Assembly (NCBI RefSeq): GCF_964355755.1 | Contig: NC_092677.1 | Location: 8,640,101 to 8,704,100, forward strand | DNA from: Antedon mediterranea | Lineage: Eukaryota > Animalia > Echinodermata | DNA: 64,000 nt | Direction of reading: 5' to 3' | Shown: positions 10,566 to 24,362 of the stretch, piece by piece | How the letters are laid out: the number at the start of each line of letters is the position of its first letter | Numbering within the stretch: position 1 is the first letter of the stretch | Made by a program: the position numbers and the translations under genes | Notes under the pieces: model-generated | Databases searched by the model: none | Told to the model about the DNA's origin: nothing | Seen by the model: only the letters and a program-made list of their open reading frames with translations

Positions 10566-13500
10566 GTGAAACAAACCCTTTCAGGAGTTCATGTTCATGT
10601 TGGTAGATTGCCAATTTGGAAATATGTCTTTACGGACAATTTTTTAGGTCCCGATGGTGTACGTCCCAGAGGTAAAGTGATATCAGAATGAATGGGGAGG
10701 TATCTCTTTGATTGTCTGTGCATCCGGAACGTATTCACATTATATAACTTTTTTATAACCTCATTAACAAAATCATTCAATTATCACGAATATTTATATT
10801 ATAAACTACATAACAATTTTTTAATAATCCATTAAATAATTAACCTATATAATAGAGATTAACCCATAATTTACTTGTACTTGAAATGTGCAATCCGTTC
10901 GCGTTGAGAGAGATCAAAATTCAAATAATTGCAACAGAATGTATTGACATATTGCTTCGTTAATTAGCTTGCTTCGTTGACTTGAATGTAAAATAGTAAA
11001 TCTCTATAGAGCCCGGAGTGGTAATGCGGATCGATGTTGTCCTATCACCATGTATTATAATTCCAGTTCATGTTTACATGTATTTATGTGGGGTACGGTA
11101 ATCCCGAGGTAAAATGTAAAAAACGTCAACAAAATCATTGCTGCACACAGCTTGTGATTATATAGGTGGGTACCCACTAATTTTAACATGCCCTCGATTT
11201 TAAATCACTATGGTGATGCATTACAAATAACAAACGCCTTTCTAATTTGATTTGATAAACTAGGCTGAATAATTTTCCATCTTTAAATACAGCCTATACA
11301 TCGGGACTCAATGAATCCCCTGTCATTCATGGATGGCCATCTAAAAAGCACAGGCCTACATTATAATATTTCCCCGCATTTGTTTTCAAATGTAGCCGTA
11401 ATAGCTCGATTCCCTTAAGTGTGACTGCTGATTTGGGCTGTACCAAAGGATCATGTCTACTTTTACTTTTATTCAGGACTAATTTGAAGCCACGCCCTGT
11501 AGATGTATACTTTAAAACACGTTTTTTCCCATTAAAAAAATATTTTGTTATATGTTATGTGATTACGTCCCCAGTAATTGATCTTATTTAACCAAATAAC
11601 CCGAATTGCATACCATCAAGAATAGTACGCAGTATAGATGTTACGCACCGTCAAATAATGTTTTTACATCATGTAAATATTTTTCACTCTAGAGGATATG
11701 ATATCTATACTTATTCATACTGTAGAATTATTTGTAGCTTTCTTGGTCACAGTCGATGGAACCCATCAAGACCACTGAGGCTACAGCGCTTGCGTTTGAT
11801 GTTTGAATTCATGTGAATAACATATTTATGTTAATTTAGAGCCGTATATATTAGTTGTATCAAAACATAGTGTTTGTATAGAGGTGCGATTCTTTGGTCC
11901 CATAACGCTGAAACCCAAGATAAAATGTTACGTCGTTATAGTGTTTTTATCCCTCACATCATGGTGTAATAATCTATTTATGTTATTTTTAACCTATACT
12001 TATAATGGTTTATCCAAGCTTGGTCGTGTTTCTATAGAGATGCGATCCAATTTAATAGTTATTCTAATAATACTACAAAAATATCTAGGATTTTTGGATC
12101 TTCTATAATTGCGCGAAACCATACAATGAATAACCGTGATTAATAAAAAAAAATTCTTAACTCAATATATCACACGGAGAGATTCAGAATTCTGCAATCA
12201 ATGCTTAAAAACAACTTTCCGTCTCCACGTAGTTTTTTTTATTAAGTTTAATTGTATCGATTTGTTCATTCTTGCTGGTTATTCTTTTTTAAACGAAATG
12301 AACAGGCTCTCAAGTTTGTTTGTTTGTTTGTTTGTCTGTCGTGTTGTTTGGAAATGATTAAATTATTTTGATTTATATCAGGTTTTGTATCTAAAAACTT
12401 GAAATAAAAATATCGCTTTACAATAAAAAAAATATTTATAGGTAGCCGAACCTGTTAAGTTCAGTGCATGATAAGGAACAAATTTAAGCAAATTCCGTGA
12501 TACAGCGTCTTATATGTTTCACATGTGATGCCCGTATCATAGTCCCTAACCTGATCTAGTATTATGTAGGCAAACAGTACATAAATACAATAACATTTTT
12601 ATACCATCGTAATGTTCAAATGAACTTTGACTTTTAAATTCTAGTACGTTGACTATGCTGACAAATTAGCTCTGTAGCCTACATTTTGTGTCCTCTAAAG
12701 CGAAGATATAATGGAGAAATTATTTATCTTGCTTCCGGATTTAAAAATGCGTAATGATCAATTAAATTGCTGAAAGCCAAAGGAATGAGAACACTGAATG
12801 ACTGTAGGAAATGAAGGTAAATGTGTTACGTAAATATGGTAGATTGAATATAAAGACCTATATCATAACACAAAACCACGATGTATTCGCTTGTAACATT
12901 TGTGATTTGAATTGAGTAATTTTGCCGGACTTTGCTTGCCATACTTGTCTTTCCCAATAAGAGGAGGCTTAAAAAATGTTGGTCAACATTCATGATACGA
13001 CTCGTGGGAGGAAAAGATGATGCTGAAGCGATTCCTCTCCAAAATTCCATTTTTACAACGGTAAAAATTTGAGTGGAATAATTTCTAAAAACCTGAAATT
13101 AATATCTAGGTTCTGTACAGATTGATATACCATGATTTGAAATTGTCTCAATTAGGTGTAGGTCTAGTGTTTATAAAAAGAAGCGTTCACACATTTCGGA
13201 TTTCGAATAAAACGTGTTACTCACAAATAGGTTTACCTTTAATACTTTTAATTACTTTCGAATAAAGCGATTGACCGAACGTTTTACGTAAGTGAGATTG
13301 CCTAAATCATTCGATGAGTCTCTCTAAAGGATCCGATTTTAGCATTAAGAAAAGTTAATTTAACCTGTCTGAAAGTTCGACAAACTCCATATACGTCGGC
13401 TCTTTCGCAAACTTACATTTCAGACCGCTGATTTGTAGATTTGTCTTATGGCGATATTAGATTCACTAGGGTCGCCATGTTTTCAAAGTATTCGAGTATA

Positions 13501-15150
13501 CTTTTCATTGCCCACATGAAAACAATTTTAGCTCGATAATTGAGAGAATGTACCGAAGTGTCGGCTTGACGCGACACCGACATGAAGCGACATTCAAGGG
13601 ATAAAAGCCTAATGTTATTTCATCGATGTTGGCACCATTTTTACAGCAGAAGAAAGCAATTGCAATGCTTCCTTTTAACATTAAAATGATTAGAATAATA
13701 AACGTTAGAAAACAGCCGTCGATATTCTCGCCCTAGTGGACGTTCACATTGCAAACATTTTAAATCGAGCCTAAGAAAGGTGAGAATAGATTCGATGTAA
13801 TCTAAACCTTGAACTGAAAAAAAGGAGATGACATTTGTTACACGGTCATAAATACGAATATTTTTGTATTCTGAAATAGCATTGGTAATCCTCGATTTGT
13901 CTGCTGCATACAATGACAACGGTCATTAACATTGCCTACAAAGATGTTGACAGCAAAGCGATGCATTTTATAGATATCATTTTTTATGTACGATTGCATT
14001 AATATTTTATATAGATATGCGAGTTAAGTGTATAACGTTATACCCTTCATTAAACAAAATAGTTGCAGAAATTAATGTTGAACTAACGACATGAAGTAAA
14101 CCAACGCATGTAAAAAAAACCAGGTCAAGACTAGAACAGAGTTTTTTACAAATACACTTGGACAAAATTCTTGATTAAGTTCGTATTAATAATGTAACAA
14201 ATTATTTCAATCCAATTATTTTTATCATGCCGGAGGGAAAGATGAATGCGATTGTTTCAGTATTGCTTAAAACTAATGCTGACGATGTATAATGCAGAAA
14301 GAATATAAATATCCTTATACATAAAATAATCGTGAGATGATGCATTGAAAAGTTGCTTAAAATCAAGTTTGGTTTTTCGATTAATTGTGCATTTCAATTA
14401 AGTTTTCGTATTACATATTAGAAATTGAGTTATTTTTAATTTTAATAATAATTCTGTCCCAAAGGCTGATATTTTGGATTATTCCGAAATAATAATATAC
14501 TGCATTTAAAATGTAGCTTGCGCACATGCCGTGGTTGGCAATAATGTACTGCGTTAAGGCGAGTTGTTAGAATGCATTGCGTGTAGCCTATTGTCGCGGA
14601 TCACACTTACTACTTCCCTACATTTTCACTGATACGCAGGACAATACTTAATTGAATCGCTCCACCATGTGTAATAACTTATTTATTGCTTTAAATTCTA
14701 TTTTAATATTATTTTTTTTAAATGTCTAAATTTATTTTCATTTTATTGTTGATGACGTTAGGTTTGTTAATAGACCTAAAGGGTTTTCTTTAACAAAAAA
14801 GTTTACAGGCACTCTGTGAAACAGGTTAATGGATTTCCAGAACCGATGGAGTGTGACGAATGTCTACTCACAGATTTAGCTACATTTATCTTTATATATT
14901 TATGTCACCATTTGCTGTTTGGATTCAAATGTGTTTAAATATATTTAGACGGTACTAGAGCATACTATCTTGTAAAATAGGCTAAAGATTTTTGCGGAAC
15001 CCACTCGGTTAATCGTAACAATTTACAATACCGTAGTCATGTTAATTAAAATATTAGCCTCCCTGTTACACATTTGGTATAGGACGACTTCTTCATGTCC
15101 CTTACAGACATTGTATAAGTAAACCATTCATAACTCTTAGTTCTACTTTA

Positions 15151-15253
15151 AACAAGGCCATATACATGGCTGCAGTCGCGTGCTCAAGTTAGTGTTTACC
15201 GACCAACCGACCGACATAGTGAGCTGTAGAGTCGCGTTGGACGCAACTAAAAA
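15151..15253 (-). mobile_element. Minimal (~100 bp) HINE/Helentron derivative with both ends
   Basis: Reverse complement has the ttttagt..gcgt 5' end, gtcggtcggttggtcggt, cacgcgact, the gccat..atggc hairpin and the ttgtt end, as in 27491-28255. Confidence 0.75.
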
Positions 15254-16430
15254 TGGATATACTTCATAAAGTTGAACCATAAAGCGAATATTAATCCATT
15301 GCTTGTGATTGGTCACATTACTTAATTTGCTCTTAAATGTCCTTGCATTGCGTTCCAGCGAGAACCAATCAAGTTGATTATGGTAGCGATAGCGTTTGTT
15401 ATCAAATACCCTGCTATCCAGGTCTGGACCTCAATTCAAATAATCTAGTTCTTATTGGACTCAAACAAAGAGGTTTCTCATTTTCAGAAAAGAGCCAAAT
15501 CTGAAGTCTCTTACATCTTTACATCAAAGAAAAGCTATATATTTTGGTATAATTGACGATATGCTTTTCCAATCTAGGCCTATTGGGTGTATTCTCAAAC
15601 AATTGACAGATTTGAATATTGAGTACGACGTTACTGGAACAGCCAACTACGTTTGTAGGTTAATGTGTGCTTTGATTGAAGACTTTCCATATAAATGTTG
15701 ATAATCTTAAAATAAAGTTACTTTAAATACATTCGGGATATCCGTAATTTTTGCTCTACTTTTAGGAAATAAATTTAGTCAAATGTAGTTCATCAAAAGT
15801 CAACTAGTGGCTATACACTACCACTCAATTCTCTCTAAATTGTCTTAGTTTTATTTATCTTGGGAAAGGTACGGAATACAACATATTTCGACACTATATT
15901 ATTAGAAATAAATGTATTGATTTGTTTTGGCAGCAATTGGATCTTTTAGAAGTAATTAATTATTTATTTATTTACCTACGGTATTTTAATTTTGTTTCGT
16001 CAAAAAAAAAACCACAGCATCACACTAAGTAATCGGGAATACATTATTATGCGTACGTCACTACCGTATCGAAAGTATGTGATTTATTGATATCTGATTA
16101 TTGATTACAATTATGAATTACAGAATTCAAACTTTCAAATTTTGATTATTTTAAATTGTTGCTTGTAATAGCATGGTTTTACTATGAAGCAATTATTAAT
16201 TTTTAATATGTTTAAATGCTGTTCAGTATTTTTATATCAAACATTCAATTCTTGGTAAAACTGGATAAAGTTGGGTTAACTTTTGATTAAACTAGATCAA
16301 GTTGTATTAACTCGGATATACAACTAGATCAAGTTGGATTAACTTGAATGAAACTGGATCAAGTTGGATTAAAGAATTGGATGAATGTTGGATTGATATG
16401 AATTAATATATTACACCTGAGGGGGTGCAG

Positions 16431-17865
16431 GTCAAGTCGGCCCTAAACCGTCTCGGCCAAAGTCAAGTCGGCCCCACGTCAAGTCGGCCCCAAGTCAACT
16501 CGGCCCCAAGTCAACTCGGCCCCAAGTCAACTCGGCCCCAAGTCAACTCGGCCTCACGTCAACTCGGCCAAAAACTAATCGGTCAACTCAGCCACAATAA
16601 AGTATGGAACGCAAAATTGCTTAATATTATTATGATTCTTACTATCCACGCTTTAAAAAAAATTAAGAAATAAAAAAAACAAGAAATATTTCTTACAAAA
16701 AACGCTGCTCGCTTATATTGACGTGACTGTTTTAAAGATATATTGTCCCTCTAAAAAATATTTTTTATTTCAAATTTGTTTTTGAATGTGTCATTTTATT
16801 GTCACATAAGTTATTTTACCTGAAAAAATGTAATTAAAGGCAAAAAATACTTCAATTGTCTGTCAGACAATGTGGTTTTTGAGTTATAATAATTAAACGT
16901 TTCTTTTCTCTTTTTATAATGTGAATTTTGTTACAGAAGTGAATAACTTTGATATGAAACAGACTCAAGTTTATTTTATTGCTAAGGTCAAGTCTGGGGG
17001 TCACTTCATCACACCTTAAAGATACTTCAAGTGTGAAGTATCATATTACAAACAAAAACTTTCATGGACTGTTTTGATAATAATTCAATGATTATCTGAC
17101 AGCGAAATACAATATTGTCATGGGACTCATAAATACCAGAAATGCAGCTGGTACCTATAAATTATAGTCGAGTTTCCATTTTAGCAAAAATGTCAAAGTG
17201 TAGTACTATAACTGCTGCTTGATTTCATCTAATACATGAGTCATCTCGTGTGACGTAGCGGGCTAGAGCAGCAGCGTGATAATATAATTAAATAATATCA
17301 TATAAAAAAATGAACTCATTGCCGATATGAATATAAGTACCCGCGTATTATAAAAACACGTGCCAGTACCGCATTTTAGTAAATCGAAGACGGAGGCCTA
17401 CGTTCCACCATTTGGCCATAGAAAAAAAAGGGGAATCCCCCGGTCAGTGAAAACACGTAGCAGTTGTAGATATCGAAAAAGCTGCCAGAGGCGCAGGGAG
17501 GCGCAGCTACGAATTGTTTTCAATTGTGCAATTTGAAATGTTATTTAAACGTAAATAAAGGAAAGTTGGTGAAATCATTCCTTTTTTTTTGCTAAATATA
17601 TTATTGTCTAAATATTAATATTCATTAAAAGTCAGAATTATTTATAGTTAAAAAATTGTGAAGAAATATTATTTTATCAATCCCCTTCATTTGCACTTTT
17701 TGCGTTCCATACTTTAACGGGGCTGAGTTGACCGATTATTTTTTGGCCGAGTTGACGTGAGGCCGAGTTGACTTGAGGCCGAGTTGACTTGAGGCCGACT
17801 TGACTTGGGGCAGACTTGACTTGGGGCCGACTTGACTTTGGCCGAGACGGTTTAGGGCCGACTTG
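16431..17865. mobile_element. Foldback-type non-autonomous DNA transposon with ~185-bp TIRs built from 16-bp tandem repeats
   Basis: (gtcaactcggccccaa)n..ggtcaactcagcc..aagtatggaacgcaaaa on the left; reverse complement at ~17698-17865. No convincing TSD. Confidence 0.8.
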
Positions 17866-18947
17866 GATCGAAATCGGATGAGGATATGAGTGCAAGTGGC
17901 TAAATTTGAATTAACACGAGTTAGGTTGAAATTGAGTTAATAAAACTAAGGTTAATTGGATAGACAAAAATGTATAACAATAATCATCATTGTTTAATTT
18001 GAGTTTATCGCATAACCTACTTTAATGTAACAGAATGAGTTTTTTCAACCAACCTAAGTTCTTTTTAAATATCAATGGTGTTCCTCCAATTTGAAAAATT
18101 CTAAATGTTCGTGAATGTGCAGAATATGTGCAGTTAAAAGTGATTGTACAACGCTTATGTTATGGTGTATAAATGCACTTGCAGTACTAGTACCGTACTG
18201 TACTGTACATTGATTATATATTTGTTTCAAAAGGTCATTGGACATGATTATGTGTTATTAGTGAGAATGTATTGACATTTGGAAACATAGACCCACGCAA
18301 AGCATGGATCTACGGCGTTGGGGATTTTGACTTGTCCTTCCTATGACGTTAAAACTACAGTTCTCTTGTAATATGTCAGTTTGGTGTTTTTAGTTGTTTT
18401 TCCTCCAGCTAAACGACAATATTATGCGTTTGAATTCCAGAAAGATTGATAGAACAAGTTGGAATTTCTAAAATTTGATCAATATTTTCATGTAGACCGT
18501 CTTTTAGAATTGTTCCGTATAGTAGATATTACAACTCAGAAGATTACCCGGCGGTATATAGGCCTATAGAGTAGAAGCCTTATTAAAGGAACACCTCCAG
18601 GGTCAAATTAACTGGAGTGTCCCTCAATAGGTATGTCCCAGGGGATGGGTTATACACTGAATAGATGTTTTAGTAAATTAAAATTCGACATTACCGGACT
18701 AAAGAATGGTTCCTACTTCGACCAATCACATGCGACAGTTCGGATCACCCATCTCGTCGTGATTGGTTAAATTAGTTGTTTTATCTTTACTTACGGTGAG
18801 CTAAGTCATTGCGTTGCATCCAACTGGGAATCAAACTTCGTCTGTGTAAGGGTGACGTAGCCTGTCTTTGATAGATTGTTTTTCTCGGAAATTCAGTTTA
18901 TCGTGGGAACGAAACTTTCATTTAAATGTAGTACGTAAAGAAATATG

Positions 18948-18990
<43 letters not shown>

Positions 18991-20039
18991 GTTGTATTTT
19001 TACGTGCACCGAATTTCATACATTTAGCATTAGATCAGACATTGCAATATTCGGGAACTTAAATATATAAATTGTAGCATTCAACACCTGTTTCATATCA
19101 ACATGTCAATAACATGTCGCATCACAGTTTCAGTATTATGTTTTTAAAAGTCCTTACAAATCAAATTCGACAAGACTTAAGATATCTACGTGTTTATTTG
19201 TAAATGACTGGAAACATAATGGATTTAATAAATTGACAGGTAAAGTTAAGCAGTTTAGATGCATACGCTATATTTATAGACAGGTTCCATTTCTGAAAAA
19301 ACGGCCTAGAAAACGAATCAAGAAGCATTTTTGGGTAGAAGCTGGGATCCACTTGATTTAGGATATTTCGACCTCGCTGATTACGAATATGGCGGATCCC
19401 AAGCGAAATTCGGCCATCTAAGCCCTTAATTTGCATAATTAAAAATGGCGGCCATTTTTTATAATTACCCTAATATCTCGAGAACCACTAGTCACAGATA
19501 ATTAATTTTGGTGTCAAAATGTTTTAAATATATGTTTTTATATTCACTTTAATGACACATTTTCTAAAAAAATGGATGCAAGTCTTATTTCTGACATTTT
19601 GACCTTTGACCTTGATTTATCGTATCTCAGTAACCAATAATCGGAGAGACACGAAATAGGGCTCAAATTGTTCAGAAACTATACATTCATATTTATTATA
19701 ATAAACTGTTTTTACAAAAAATGGCCGATTCTACAACTATTGACCTTTGAACTATTAGTCAAATATAATAATATAACTCTGAAAATGTTGGTCTTATGAT
19801 ATTTTTTTTCTTTTTAAATTGTTTTAAGTGTTTCTATTCAGTCTAATGGCACATTTTGTACAAGAATGACCGATAGTATGGTTATTGACCTTTACAGCAT
19901 AGGCCTACTGTATAATATAATATAATTGCATAACTATGAAATTATTTATACACAATAATAATTAGTAAAATTATAAAATTCACTGCCATCAAATATGATG
20001 TATTATGATTTATGTATATTTAAAAAAAAAATGAACATG

Positions 20040-20750
20040 CAAGTTACATTTGGAAATTACCTGCTATCAATATGATGGAGTATGATTATAGATTTTTAAA
20101 GATGTGAACAGTCAGCAACATTTGGAAATTACCTGCCATCAATATGATGGATTATGATTATAGATTTAAAAAATAATTTGAACACGTCAGCTACATTTGG
20201 AAATTTGGAAATTACCTGCTATCAATATGATGGATTATGATTGTATAGGTTTGAAAGAAAATGTGAACACGTAAGCTACATTTGAAAATTACCTGCCATC
20301 AATATGATGGATTATGATTTTAGATTTTTAAAGATGTGAACACGTAAGCTACATTTGAAAATTACCTGCCATCAATATGATGGATTATGATTATAGATTT
20401 AAAAAATAATTTGAACACGTCAGCTACATTTGGAAATTTGGAAATTACCTGCTATCAATATGATGGATTATGATTGTATAGGTTTGAAAGAAAATGTGAA
20501 CACGTAAGCTACATTTGAAAATTACCTGCCATCAATATGATGGATTATGATTTTAGATTTTTAAAGATGTGAACACGTAAGCTACATTTGAAAATTACCT
20601 GCCATCAATATGATGGATTATGATTATAGATTTAAAAAACAATTTGAACACGTCAGCTACATTTGGAAATTTGGAAATTACCTGCCATCAATATGATGGA
20701 TTACGATTGTATATGTTTGAAAGAAAATGTAAACACGTAAGCTACATTTG
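20040..20750. repeat. ~75-bp tandem array inside the Academ left arm (mirrored at ~21118-21610)
   Basis: acatttggaaattacctgccatcaatatgatggattatgatt..gaacacgtaagct repeated ~9 times; fewer inverted copies in the right arm. Confidence 0.9.
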
Positions 20751-20770
20751 GAATGAACATCTTAAGGGCA

Positions 20771-21120
20771 TCAGTTTTGATCATTCATGCAAAGGTTTCC
20801 GTCATCTTTAGCGTTGTTACAGCAGCATAAAGCTGTATATGGTAGTTTTGACTTCTTGCACCTACATCTATTGGTTATGCATCGTGTTTTGCGTCCACAA
20901 TAAATCATCTCTAACGAAAGAGTAGGAATAGCTTCATTTTTCAGAAGCACTGGTTGAAGTTTACCATTAGATAGCTCCCAACCAAAATCTGTTGGTGATG
21001 GCAAATGCTGGATATTGGCGATACAGCTTTTTTCCATACGAGTGCTTGGAAGTGTGCTCTTTTTATATGTTGGTGCACTGCATAGCTTGTTGGAGGTAAT
21101 GCCTCTGGTTTTGTTTTTCC
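20771..21120 (-). pseudogene. C-terminal fragment of an Academ-type transposase (CXC/Cys8 zinc finger), frameshifted
   Basis: GKTKPEALPPTSYAVHQHIKRAHFQALVWK, then after a frameshift LPSPTDFGWE..P..YCGRKTRCITNRCRCKKSKLPYTALCCC..CMN. Confidence 0.75.
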
Positions 21121-22953
21121 AAATGTAGCTTACGTGTTCACATTATCTTTCAAACCTATACAATCATAATCCATCATATTGATGGCAGGTAATTTCCAAA
21201 TGTAGCTGACGTGTTCAAATTCTTTTTTAAATCTATAATCATAATCCATCATATTGATGGCAGGTAATTTTCAAATGTAGCTTACGTGTTCACATTTTCT
21301 TTTAAATCTATACAATCATAATCCATCATATTGATAGCAGGTAATTTCCAAATTTCCAAATGTAGCTGACGTGCTACAATTCTTTTTTAAATCTATAATC
21401 ATAATCTATCATATTGATGGTGCAGGTAATTTTCAAATGTAGCTTACGTGTTCAAATTCTTTTTTAAATCTATAATCATAATCCATCATATTGATGGCAG
21501 GTAATTTCCAAATGTAGCTGACATGTTCACATTTAAAAAAATCTATAATCATACTCCATCATATTGATGGCAGGTAATTTCAAATTTCAAGAAATGTAAC
21601 TTGCGTGTTCAAATTTTTTTTTAATCTATATAAATAAATCATAATACATCATATTTGATGGCAGTGAATTTTATAATTTTACTAATTATTATTGTGTATA
21701 AATAATTTCATAGTTATGCAATTATATTTAGTATACACTAGGCCTATGCTGTAGTTTAAAGGTCAATAACCATACTATCGGCTATTCTTGTGCAAAATGT
21801 GCCATTAGACTGGATAGAAACACACATGTTTTAAACAATTTAAAACGAAAAAAAAATTCATAAGACCACAATTTTCAAAGTTATATTATTATTATATTAT
21901 TATATTTGACTAATAGTTCAAAGGTCAATAGTTGTAGAATTGGCTATTTTTTGTAAAAACATTTCATTATAATAAATATGAATGTATAGTTTCTGAACAA
22001 TTTGAGTCCTATTTTGTGTCTCTCCGATTATTGGTTACTGAGATACGATAAATCAAGGTCAAATGTCAAAATGTCAGAAATAAGACTTGCATCCATTTTT
22101 TGGGAAAATGTGTCATTAAAGTGAATATAAAAACATATATTTAAAACATTTTGACACCAAAATTAATTATCTGTGACTAGTGGTTCTCGAGATATAGGGT
22201 AATTATAAAAAATGGCCGCCATTTTTAATTATGCAAATTAAGGGCTTAGATGGCCGAATTTCGCTTGGGATCCGCCATATTCGTAATCAGCGAGGTCGAA
22301 ATATCCTAAATCAAGTGGATCCCAGCTTCTACCCAAAAATGCTTCTTACACCATATTTCAGAGGAAATAGAACTTGTCTATTACATGTTCCCTTAATGTT
22401 CGCGATGTTTAACTACGGTGCATACTCTGGAATATATTGACAAGTGAATTAGTTACATTAACGTATCGTTTAAATCAATTAACTTTTTACTTACATTTTC
22501 ACTATTCTAAAAATATGAATAATATAACTTAGTTATATGCTTTAGTTTAAATTATATTATTTATGCTTTCTTCTAATTTTCGCGTGTTTTGTTATAATAG
22601 AACTATCGCACAAATGCTCGCGAAATTATGTATAGCATTTTGCTGCATTATTCTAAAAACAAAAATAATCTTATACTGACATCTTTTATTTGAACTTAAG
22701 TACGGAAGTGTGGGTTTTCTGGGCGTTTTTTTTTTTTTTTTTGTGAGATTTATTCACCTTTATTTACATACGTACGTACATACGATAAGCGTATTTTTTT
22801 TATCCATACATAATACTGTTTTATTGATAAATTAATCACAATGTAAGCTCTGAATATATTAGGCTAAGGGCTTAAAAAGAATAATTAGTCATACATTTTT
22901 CATCTGAAATTAATCTTGTTTATAATTGCAAAAACCAGTTGGCGTATCTAGTT

Positions 22954-23213
22954 GCTTTCACACCGCGCTCGAATTTGGTCCGGTGCCCGCAGAAAACTAT
23001 TGTAGAAAATAGGTTCAGTGGTAAAGTATAGGATCGTTCACACCAATTTTGTACAATTTTAATCCGTACCTGATTTGGACCCCGAATTTGGAGCTATGGA
23101 CCGAGAAGCCATTTGTTTGCTGAAATCGTACGATTTATTTAATTTAATAAGCATGAATGACCTTGATTGACAACGGATAACCTAACCGGATTCGTACGTG
23201 CTCGATGTGAAAG
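22954..23213. mobile_element. MITE with gctttcacac/gtgaaagc termini
   Basis: gctttcacaccgcgctcgaa vs tcgtacgtgctcgatgtgaaagc. Confidence 0.5.
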
Positions 23214-24231
23214 CACGCACAACGCCCGCGATATTTTCCTCAGGGCGTGTGACCGAATCCGGGTGGCGAAGTCTGGATCCGTGGAACAGACGGAACACCA
23301 TAGAGTCGTCAAGACTATACGTATCGATCGAGTAGAAAACATGTAATTTCTCCGCAGAAAATTATACATGCGCAGACTGTTAGACCCAATAGGTGCGCAA
23401 TGAGTTCAACTGATCATAATATAAACTATTAAAGACTTGAGCTATTTTCTGTACAAAAAAGTAAATGATAAACAATAGGCCTAGAGTTGAAAAGTGTCAC
23501 TTTATATTTATTCATGAACGCACAACAATGATTAATGAAAGAATCTTTGATTTATTGCCAATTTATAAGTATAAAACTTGTTTACTCGTTTGTGTTAATG
23601 AATATTGATGTTATTGTTATTGCTAATATTACTTTTAATAAAGCCTATAATTCACACTAGAAAACTTTTGTTTGGTTTGGTACTATTTGAAGAAGTCTAG
23701 TTCCTGTATACATTCGCTACTGAATGCTGTCCTGCTGGGTATATGCAGGACCACATGACTACAAAGACCGATTTCAAAAACCACTAGTTTGCAAGAAGGT
23801 CACATGCATAGTCTAACAAGTGTTCCTTCCTTGACCAACTGGTAAATCTGCTGTCTTGCTACTGTACGCCTAGTTGTTTTTAGGAGGTACTGCCGTGATT
23901 GCAACAGTATAGAGTATAGCCTAAACTCACGAATGGTCTGTGTTTGTTTGATACTCGACACTAAGGTGTGAGGAGTACGCGATTGAAACAGACGGTAAAA
24001 ATAATGTATTATGCTTGTCTTAACTAATAATGTGTCAATGATACATCAATAGTATCCATACTACTATTAATGAACAGATAGTGTGTCTAGATAATACATT
24101 TATAACATAATCAATAGTCACCAACACCTCACGCCACCAACAATAATATTAATCATTTATTTTAACATTTTACATTTAACATTGTATTATATTTTACTTC
24201 AGGCTCTGTGTCTGATATAAAGTTCCTAATG

Positions 24232-24362
24232 CTTGGTTCCAACTAGAAACGCAACACAATGACGTAACGCAACGTATGTGAATTGACCAATCACAAACGA
24301 TAGATTTTTCTGTCGCGTGCGTTGCGCTTACGTCCTTGCGTTACGTTCTAGTGGGAACCAAG
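24232..24362. mobile_element. ~130-bp hairpin MITE (cttggttcc.actaga family)
   Basis: cttggttccaactagaaacgcaac..gaccaatcaca..gcgttacgttctagtgggaaccaag. Relatives at ~15300-15370, ~18707-18830, ~34480-34560, ~42819-42930, ~48708-48865, ~51163-51275. Confidence 0.75.

Larger units (their letters stand above)
19277..22380. mobile_element. AcademX-type DNA transposon deletion derivative (giant palindrome)
   Basis: Termini TAG...CTA, 3-bp TSD TTA (19274-19276, 22381-22383), ~1.25-1.45-kb inverted arms, central remnant of a Cys8 zinc-finger C-terminus. Confidence 0.8.

Noticed and set aside
13410-13490. Minus-strand AACATGGCG start with a downstream gtaagt donor
   Set aside because: The frame stops after 10 codons and no downstream exons could be identified
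16425-17895. Repetitive SRPQVNSA ORFs
   Set aside because: Translations of the 16-bp TIR repeats
19194-22440. Twin ORFs MQIKGLDGRISLG.. on opposite strands as a duplicated gene
   Set aside because: They are mirror images from the transposon TIRs
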